Positions 57,459 to 64,000 of a stretch of DNA of 64,000 nucleotides are shown here, piece after piece. The DNA is from an uncultured delta proteobacterium (lineage in GTDB: Bacteria; Desulfobacterota; Binatia; Binatales; Binataceae). Every line of letters starts with the position of its first letter. Within the stretch, counting starts at the first letter, position 1. Below the pieces are notes generated by a model. The model had not been told where the DNA came from. It worked only from the letters and a program-made list of their open reading frames with translations, and searched no databases. The stretch is taken from assembly GCA_963794325.1 (NCBI GenBank), contig CAWCDG010000002.1, positions 576,001 through 640,000 on the forward strand, given 5' to 3'. Both the position numbers and the translations under genes were made by a program.

Positions 57459-58687
57459 TACTGCATCAACTGATTGAGCTGGAAAATCGGCATCAGCACC
57501 GCCAGCATCATGAACACGATAACAGCGGCCATCGCCAGCGTCATCACAGGTTCCAGCACCGTGGTCATCTGGCTCAGTGAGTGCGAGACCTCGCGTTCGT
57601 AGTTGTCCGCGACCCGCTCCAGCATCCGCTCGAGCTCGCCCGACCGTTCGCCGACCCGAATCATCTCGATCAGCAGCGGTGGGAACAGTCCGCTTTGCGA
57701 GAGCGTCTGCGCCATGCCGTGGCCTTCCCGGATGCTTTCGCGGCTCTTCTCGACGGCGTCCTTGAGCAGACCGTTGGTCACCACGCCCTTGACCGCGTCG
57801 AGCGAGGGCAGCAATTGAACGCCGCTGGCGAGCAGGGTGGCCAGCGTCCGCGCGAAGCGCGCGCAGATAATTCGAATCATCGTCGGCCCGATGTAGTAAA
57901 CCTTCAGGATCGCGGTATCGTAGATTCTGCGGCCGCGCGGCGTCGCCATCGCGGCGCTGAATCCTGCGACGATGCCGACCAGCAACAGTGCCAGCGGAAT
58001 CCAGTAGCCGGTGACGATTCCCGAAATTGTGATGAGGACTTTGGTCGCCAGCGGCAGCGCCGCATGCTGCTGCTCGAAAATCGTCGCGACCTGCGGCACC
58101 ACGTATGCCACCAGGAACGCCATGATTCCGGTGCCGACGCACATCATGATGATCGGATAGGTCAGCGCCCCGCGCACCTTGGTGACGAATTCATTCTGGC
58201 GCTCGCTGTACTCCGCGAGCCGGTCCAGCACCGCCTCGAGCGCCGCCGCCTGCTCGCCGGCCCGGACCATCCCGATGTAGAGATCTGAAAACACGTCGCG
58301 ATGATTGCTCAGCGCATCGGCCAGCGACGAGCCCTCGCGCACCCGCTCGCGCACCTGCGAGAGCATCCGCTTGGTCGCGGCGCGGGTCGATTGGTCAGCG
58401 AGCGCAGTCAGCGCATCGACCAACTGCACGCCAGCACCAAGCAGCGCGCTCAACTGCCGGGTGAGCAGCGCCAGGTCCGACGCCGGCATCTTGCGCCGCC
58501 ACAGCGAGGGCAGCCAGTCGCGCTTGGCGGCCTGGCGTTCGGCGGCGTTGGATTCCTCGTTGAGGTCGGTCGGGAAAATCCCTGACGCGCGCAGCTTGCC
58601 GCGCGCGGTTCGCGCACTGTCCGCGTCAACCACGCCGTTGACGGAACGACCGTCGGCGCCAAGTCCTCGATAAGCAAATACTGGCAT
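57458..58687 (-). CDS. gspF: Type II secretion inner-membrane platform GspF
   Basis: MPVFAYR, TRQLSALL.AG, VREG.SLA, ALTYP, GERSGEL and LEP motifs. Confidence 0.96.
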   Translation of the reverse strand: MPVFAYRGLGADGRSVNGVVDADSARTARGKLRASGIFPTDLNEESNAAERQAAKRDWLPSLWRRKMPASDLALLTRQLSALLGAGVQLVDALTALADQSTRAATKRMLSQVRERVREGSSLADALSNHRDVFSDLYIGMVRAGEQAAALEAVLDRLAEYSERQNEFVTKVRGALTYPIIMMCVGTGIMAFLVAYVVPQVATIFEQQHAALPLATKVLITISGIVTGYWIPLALLLVGIVAGFSAAMATPRGRRIYDTAILKVYYIGPTMIRIICARFARTLATLLASGVQLLPSLDAVKGVVTNGLLKDAVEKSRESIREGHGMAQTLSQSGLFPPLLIEMIRVGERSGELERMLERVADNYEREVSHSLSQMTTVLEPVMTLAMAAVIVFMMLAVLMPIFQLNQLMQ

Positions 58688-58712
58688 CGGTGAAAAAAAT
58701 TAAGCGGGAGCG

Positions 58713-60428
58713 CTATTCGATATCTTCCTGCGTGACCCGCAGCAACTCTTCGATCGAGGTCTCTCCGCGCACCACGCGCGCCGCTCCGTCCTGCCGCAGC
58801 AGCATCATTCCGGTGCTGACGCATTTACGGCGCAGGGTCGCGGCGTCGGCGTTCTGCATCACGAGCGCGCGAATCTCGTCGTCCATGATCATCAATTCCT
58901 GGATTGCCATTCGTCCGCGATAACCGGTGTTGCGGCAATTGCGGCATCCCTTCGGACGGCAAATCTTGTTCATCGGATCGACGCCCTTGAGTCCGATTCG
59001 TGCCAGCTCGGTATCGCTGGCCTTATAGGGCTCGCGGCAATCGACACAGAGCTTGCGGACCAGGCGTTGCGCGAGCACCGCGAGAATCGACGACGAAACC
59101 AGGAACGGCTCGATTCCCATATCGACCAGCCGCGTCACCGCGCCGAACGAATCGTTGGTGTGCAGCGTCGAGAACACAAGATGGCCGGTGAGGGCGGCTT
59201 GAATCGCGATTTCCGCAGTTTCGCTGTCGCGGATTTCGCCGACCATGATTACGTCGGGGTCCTGGCGCAGAATCGATCGCAGGCCACTGGCGAAGGTCAG
59301 CTCGATCTTCGGATTCACCTGCATCTGGCCGACGCCGCGCAACTGGTATTCGATCGGATCCTCGATCGTAATGATATTTTTTTCGGGTGAGTTGATTCGC
59401 GTGAGACACGCGTACAGCGTCGTCGATTTGCCCGATCCGGTCGGTCCGGTCGCCAGGATGATCCCGTGACTCTGCCTGATCAGGCGATCGAGCCGCTGAA
59501 GATTGTCGCCGGAGAAACCAAGATGATCGAGGTTGATTGCTTCGACCGCCTGCGCGCGGTCGAGCAGTCGCAGCACGATACGCTCGCCGAACGCGGTCGG
59601 GATCGACGAGACGCGCAAGTCGATATCGCGGCCCGCGATGCGCAGCCGGATTCTGCCGTCCTGCGGCAGCCGCTTCTCCGCGATATTGAGGCCCGCCATG
59701 ACCTTGACGCGCGAGGTGATCGCCGGCTGAAACCGCTTATTCGGCGACAGTACGTCGTACATCATGCCGTCCACCCGGAACCGGATCACCATTTCCTTTT
59801 CGAAAACTTCGACGTGGATATCCGACGCGCGGTCCTTGACCGCCTGCGACAGCACGCCATTGACCAGCTTGATGATCGGTGCGGAATCGTCGGATTCGAG
59901 CAGGTCCAGCGGCTCCGACGCGAGTTCGTTGGCGACGACGTCGAGCCGCTCTTCCTCGAGATCGATCATCAGATCTTCGGCCGAGGTGGCCGAGGCCTGG
60001 TCGTATGCGCGGTTGATCGCTTCCGCGATTACTTCCGACGGCGCGACCAGCGCTTGTATCTTGGCGTCGAACAGCATTCGCAAATCGTCGAGCGCCTCGT
60101 AGTTGGCCGGGTCGGCGATCGCAACCGTCACCGCGCCGTCGATACTCGACAGCGGCAGCAGCCGGTTCTTCTTTGCGTAGTTGATCGGAATCTTCGAGAC
60201 GAGCTTGGTGTCGAGCGAGTTTTCGTCGATATGGGCCTGGAAGGGCAGCCGGTATTCCTGCGCGAGCGCCCGCGCCAGGCGCTGCGGCTCGAGCGCGCCC
60301 ATCTCGATCAGGACGTCGGCCAGCTCCTGCCCGGGCTTCTTGCGCTGACGCGCCTTGTCGAGATCCTGCTCCGAGACCCACGACCGGTCTAACAGAATTG
60401 CCTCGAAACTTTTGCGTGCTGTCGCCAT
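58713..60428 (-). CDS. gspE: Type II secretion ATPase GspE
   Basis: ASDIH, RLPQDG, GPTGSGKSTT, EDPIEY, RQDPD and TGH motifs; Cys4 site. Confidence 0.96.
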   Translation of the reverse strand: MATARKSFEAILLDRSWVSEQDLDKARQRKKPGQELADVLIEMGALEPQRLARALAQEYRLPFQAHIDENSLDTKLVSKIPINYAKKNRLLPLSSIDGAVTVAIADPANYEALDDLRMLFDAKIQALVAPSEVIAEAINRAYDQASATSAEDLMIDLEEERLDVVANELASEPLDLLESDDSAPIIKLVNGVLSQAVKDRASDIHVEVFEKEMVIRFRVDGMMYDVLSPNKRFQPAITSRVKVMAGLNIAEKRLPQDGRIRLRIAGRDIDLRVSSIPTAFGERIVLRLLDRAQAVEAINLDHLGFSGDNLQRLDRLIRQSHGIILATGPTGSGKSTTLYACLTRINSPEKNIITIEDPIEYQLRGVGQMQVNPKIELTFASGLRSILRQDPDVIMVGEIRDSETAEIAIQAALTGHLVFSTLHTNDSFGAVTRLVDMGIEPFLVSSSILAVLAQRLVRKLCVDCREPYKASDTELARIGLKGVDPMNKICRPKGCRNCRNTGYRGRMAIQELMIMDDEIRALVMQNADAATLRRKCVSTGMMLLRQDGAARVVRGETSIEELLRVTQEDIE

Positions 60429-60617
60429 CAGGCAAGTCCAGACGCCGGCGACACGGCTCGTCGATTCAGGTCATATCGGGTTATTTTCAACGACAATGAC
60501 ACCCCACCGAACATACCACCATTGCCCCCATCGAGGCTCAATTAGACACGATGCTTCCGACTGGTTGCAAGTATAGTTTCCCCATCGCACCGCTAGTTTC
60601 GCAGCTCCCCGCTGCCG

Positions 60618-61091
60618 CTAGTAGTGCACCGCACCGGGCATTTGCTCGGTCCCGTTGCCTATCGGTCCCTGATTGATCCCCATTCCGAAGCCCGTATGCC
60701 CTTTCGGCGGCAGAGTGTGCTCGGCTTCTTGCCATGAGACGAGTTTACCGTCAACAAACTTCAAATCTAAAAACGTCCCCTTGTCCCCGTCCTTGGACGA
60801 GGTGTACAGCAGGGCGGCTGTTACGTCGTTGCTGTTGGGCTTATAAGGATAGCTCCAGACCTCGGTTTCGCCCGGCAAATAGGTCCGAATATCGGGTTCT
60901 CCCCACGAATGATGCACCTGGGGCGAGGTCTGGCCGACCTGCAACGAATCGGACATCCGCGTCGCCTTGATTCGGGTGCCCGCCTGGTAAGCGAGGCCGC
61001 ATCCGGCGAAAACCAGCGCCGCCGATACGATCAGGGGCAGGGCGAAGGGGGCAAACGGGACTTTTTTCCCGAAAAAGGTACTTATCGACAT
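60618..61091 (-). CDS. Lipoprotein with SmpA/BamE-like domain (start uncertain)
   Basis: Lipobox FAGC; LQVGQT..QV...WGEPD...EVWSY...F.DGKL. Confidence 0.65.
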   Translation of the reverse strand: MSISTFFGKKVPFAPFALPLIVSAALVFAGCGLAYQAGTRIKATRMSDSLQVGQTSPQVHHSWGEPDIRTYLPGETEVWSYPYKPNSNDVTAALLYTSSKDGDKGTFLDLKFVDGKLVSWQEAEHTLPPKGHTGFGMGINQGPIGNGTEQMPGAVHY

Positions 61092-61178
61092 TCCATCCAT
61101 CGACGAGATTTTGTGGGCGCCATCCTTGATTGTCAACGTTATGCTATAGAGCAACGAATATGAACGAGGGAGGACCCG

Positions 61179-61412
61179 ATGGCGCGTAAGCTGACTCTGG
61201 TGAAAGGGCGGTCGCAGCGCGGCTCACTGGTTTACGGGATGCGCATATTCAGCCAGGGCAGCGTTGCGGGCGTCGAGGATGCGCGGGTCAGCTTGGCCGA
61301 CGGCACCAGCGGCCGAGTCACGATGCATCTGATCGAAGGCACGCGAGTACAAATCCGCCGCCAGCTGATGCAAAGCATCGACGCCTTTTTCGAATTGTTA
61401 GATGAGCAGTAA
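61179..61412 (+). CDS. Small hypothetical protein
   Basis: GGAGGA RBS; 77 aa ORF filling the intergenic space. Confidence 0.55.
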   Translation: MARKLTLVKGRSQRGSLVYGMRIFSQGSVAGVEDARVSLADGTSGRVTMHLIEGTRVQIRRQLMQSIDAFFELLDEQ

Positions 61413-61427
61413 AATATAAATGCCAGC

Positions 61428-61470
61428 AACCTAACCCTAACCCCTTCCCGAGCGGGAAGGGGGACCGGAT
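61428..61470 (-). repeat. REP-like repeat, copy 7
   Basis: AACCTAACCCTAACCCCTTCCCGAGCGGGAAGGGGGACCGGAT. Confidence 0.8.
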
Positions 61471-61487
61471 TAAGCGCGGAGAAAAAT

Positions 61488-62273
61488 ATGGATCTGAAAT
61501 TCATCAAATACGAGAAGCGCAACCATATCGCCTACATCACGTTCAACCGGCCCGAGCGGATGAACGCGTTGCATCCGCCGTGTCACGTCGAGATGGACAG
61601 CGTGTGGGACGACTTCGTCGCCGACAAGTCGGCATGGGTCGCAATCGTCACCGGCGCCGGCGACAAAGGGTTCTCCGCGGGCAACGATTTGCGCTGGACC
61701 GCGGAGAATCGCGGCGAACTGGAGAAGACCATTCGCGGCAAGGGCGGCTTCGCAGGAATCACCGCGCGTTACGATATCTACAAACCGATCATCGCGGCGG
61801 TGAACGGATTCGCGCTCGGCGGCGGATTCGAAATCGCACTCTCGTGCGATATCATCATAGCCGCCGAGCACGCGCGTTTCGGATTGCCGGAACCGCGCGT
61901 CGGCCTGATGGCCGCAGCCGGCGGCGTGCATCGCCTGCCGCGTCAGATTCCTCTGAAGATCGCGATGGGCATGATGCTGACGGGCAAGCACATCACAGCC
62001 GCCGACGCACTCCGCTTCGGAATCGCCAACCAGGTGGTACCGCTCAAGGATCTAATTCCCACCGCCGAGAAATGGGCCGCCGAGATCATGGAATGCTCCC
62101 CGCTGTCGGTGCAAGCCACCAAGCAAGCAGCGATGGACGGCCTCGGGCTGCCAACCCAGGACGCGCTCGCCAAGCATTACGATTTGCAGTCGAAGCTATT
62201 CAGATCGAAAGACGCAGTGGAGGGCCCGCTGGCATTCTCGCAAAAACGAAAACCCAACTGGACCGGCGAGTAG
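61488..62273 (+). CDS. Enoyl-CoA hydratase/crotonase (CaiD-like)
   Basis: FNRPERMNA, FSAGNDL, KPIIAAVNGFALGGGFE and FGLPE motifs. Confidence 0.93.
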   Translation: MDLKFIKYEKRNHIAYITFNRPERMNALHPPCHVEMDSVWDDFVADKSAWVAIVTGAGDKGFSAGNDLRWTAENRGELEKTIRGKGGFAGITARYDIYKPIIAAVNGFALGGGFEIALSCDIIIAAEHARFGLPEPRVGLMAAAGGVHRLPRQIPLKIAMGMMLTGKHITAADALRFGIANQVVPLKDLIPTAEKWAAEIMECSPLSVQATKQAAMDGLGLPTQDALAKHYDLQSKLFRSKDAVEGPLAFSQKRKPNWTGE

Positions 62274-62298
62274 GGCGCCGCGCCCATCTCTCCTTTTT

Positions 62299-62422
62299 TC
62301 CGGTTCCCCTTCCCGTTCGAGAAGGGGCAACTAATAATCCGGTTCCCCTTCCCGCGCGGGAAGGGGTTACTCCCCATAATCCGGTTCCCCTTCCCACTAT
62401 GGGAAGGGGTTAGGGGTTAGGT
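62299..62422 (+). repeat. Three tandem REP-like hairpins (copies 8-10)
   Basis: CCGGTTCCCCTTCCCn4G(G/A)GAAGGGG three times; the last carries the TTAGGGGTTAGG tail. Confidence 0.8.
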
Positions 62423-62434
62423 CGCCGGAATTTT

Positions 62435-62650
62435 ATGCAAGAACTCTGGCTACTGCACGACGCAATCGCGATGCTGCTAGCCGCGGCGACCACCGCAGCG
62501 TTGCCGCCAGTCAGCACCGGCGCATTCTGGACGATCGTCGCATTCTACGGCGTAGTTTCGATCATCTTCGACGACGAAACCCCGCGCGGCGTCCCCGGCA
62601 TCGATTACTTCTACGCCACCCGCCCCCACCTGAAGGATCCGCAGAGCTAG
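62435..62650 (+). CDS. Small membrane protein or internally deleted gene remnant
   Basis: 71 aa ORF with high-GC3 codons; its C-terminus is duplicated at 63851-63900. Confidence 0.4.
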   Translation: MQELWLLHDAIAMLLAAATTAALPPVSTGAFWTIVAFYGVVSIIFDDETPRGVPGIDYFYATRPHLKDPQS

Positions 62651-62658
62651 CCCTTTAG

Positions 62659-63816
62659 ATGACAGGTGTCAGGCACTTTCGCGCAAGACATTTTCTTTCG
62701 GCGCTGGGTTTGCTTATCGGTTTGACGATCGGCTGCGCTCAATCAGGATCCGAATCGTTGCCCGACTGGATGCAGCCCGGAGTGCGGACTGGAGCCGGCG
62801 TTCTCGACGAGCGACTGTACGCGACCGCTGACGGGATGGGCTCACTCACTGACATTCAGTATGGAGAACTTCGCGCTCGCGGGAAGGTTGAGTTGGGAAT
62901 TGCGGGAAACTATGGCGCCAGGTTTTTCGACGAGGCGGGAAGACCGAGCGCTAGCGTGGACTTTGCCGTTCGAGAACCCGGCGGGCTTAAAGTCTCGGCC
63001 GATATTGTGAGCCGATCCCGTGCACACGCAATGCGTTTTTTTCGCCATGGATACGCCGCCTACGCGAGTTTGGTCGACGCTGACGGCAAAGAGATCTGGC
63101 GAACGCCCTATAACCCTTTTGCCAGCACCTTCGGAGATCTAAATGGCGACGGCACCGAGGACTTTATCTTTGCGCGAACGCCGGATGCTGTAATCGAAGC
63201 TCGGAATGGTTCAGGCGCGATCGTATGGCAGACGCAGCCCGGTCACATGGTGTTCAAGCTTGCGGTTATCAGCACGGATGGCGGTGAAGGTTCCAAGCTG
63301 CTCGCTGTCGAATCTGGCAGATTGATAGGTCTTGGGCCACATGGTGAACGCCTTTTCGAGAGAACCCCATCTACCGGAGGATATTTTCATGCTTTTTCCC
63401 CGGTTCGCTGGCCCAGTGTCTGTGCGGAGGAGTGCCTACTCGTGAGCACGAACGACGAGATTTTTCTGCTCACTTCGGATGGAGAAAAAGAGGTGACAGA
63501 GCTCGCCGCCGGGTACATGTATCAGCCGCGTGGTGTGGCCGTTCGTCTGGACAAGAACGAACGGCCACTGCTAGCGGTGGCTGGCGAACTGCCCTATAGG
63601 AGAAAGAACGAGAGGTTTGGTGGTGCACTCTTCGTGTTCGACGCGAACAGGAATCTTGTCTACCACGAGGTTTTTCCGGAACCGGTCGAAGCGCTCGGCG
63701 TGATGCCCGCGCCAGACGGCAAGCGTGAGAACCTTTTGGTGGGCGGCGTGAATAAGTTGTGGCAATACTCAATGCCTCCAGCGAACGCATCCCACTCTGT
63801 CCAGCCACCGCACTAA
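62659..63816 (+). CDS. Hypothetical lipoprotein, beta-propeller/FG-GAP-like
   Basis: Lipobox-like LTIGC; DLNGDGTEDF motif; lower GC than flanks. Confidence 0.65.
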   Translation: MTGVRHFRARHFLSALGLLIGLTIGCAQSGSESLPDWMQPGVRTGAGVLDERLYATADGMGSLTDIQYGELRARGKVELGIAGNYGARFFDEAGRPSASVDFAVREPGGLKVSADIVSRSRAHAMRFFRHGYAAYASLVDADGKEIWRTPYNPFASTFGDLNGDGTEDFIFARTPDAVIEARNGSGAIVWQTQPGHMVFKLAVISTDGGEGSKLLAVESGRLIGLGPHGERLFERTPSTGGYFHAFSPVRWPSVCAEECLLVSTNDEIFLLTSDGEKEVTELAAGYMYQPRGVAVRLDKNERPLLAVAGELPYRRKNERFGGALFVFDANRNLVYHEVFPEPVEALGVMPAPDGKRENLLVGGVNKLWQYSMPPANASHSVQPPH

Positions 63817-63850
63817 GACGGGCGTCCCTAGTCGCGCAGTGTAGCTGGGC

Positions 63851-63900
63851 TCGATTATTTCTACGCGACGCGCCCGAATCTGAAGGATCCGCAAAGTTAG
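63851..63900 (+). repeat. Diverged direct repeat of 62601-62650
   Basis: 42/50 identical; encodes DYFYATRPNLKDPQS-stop. Confidence 0.8.
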
Positions 63901-64000
63901 CGCTCTTCTTCCACCACAAAATGTAGCGGGAAGAACAAAAAGCGTGACCAATCGTCGCTAGTGTCTCAGTTTGAATTTCACGCGATTTAAGTTGGGGCGA

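Noticed and set aside
56898-57572. Diversity-generating retroelement TR/VR pair in gspF
   Set aside because: Mismatches are silent and not adenine-specific, and there is no reverse transcriptase in the window.
57459-58142. N-terminal half of the 414 aa ORF 56898-58142
   Set aside because: Out-of-frame overlap with gspF with Arg-rich junk composition; only the part from ATG 57458 is credible.
62299-62422. CRISPR array from three ~39-bp-periodic palindromic repeats
   Set aside because: Spacers are only about 10 bp and similar to each other, the unit is dispersed singly elsewhere, and no cas genes are present; it is a REP cluster.

Overview
High-GC (about 60-65%) bacterial chromosomal window. 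Gene content suggests a deltaproteobacteria-like organism, possibly Candidatus Binatota (inference only). It is mostly core or metabolic: ftsK-lolA-rimO-dksA-like, uvrC-comEC, a RelE/HigB-type toxin-antitoxin pair, acyl-CoA dehydrogenases with a split B12-dependent acyl-CoA mutase (isobutyryl-CoA mutase signature), SDRs, crotonases, a heterodimeric ABC exporter, a circularly permuted ATP-grasp/alpha-E/transglutaminase triad and a type II secretion operon gspE-N. Most notable: (1) a myxobacterial elb-like ether-lipid cluster extended by a phosphatase, a Pcs-like transferase and an unknown fusion protein; (2) an IS110 element whose bridge-RNA guides, CT core, junction promoter and REP target can be read from the sequence; (3) a translationally coupled mini-GspF that keeps only the transmembrane segments; (4) an unannotated four-hairpin sRNA candidate with C-rich anti-SD loops; (5) a low-GC Schlafen/AlbA_2 gene bracketed by inverted REP mosaics; (6) a synonymously diverged gene-end duplication flanking a lipoprotein gene; (7) a dispersed hairpin repeat with a GGGGTTAGGGGTTAGG tail. 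Two +1 frameshifts may be sequencing errors. No rRNA, tRNA or CRISPR array was seen. All calls are by eye, without database searches.
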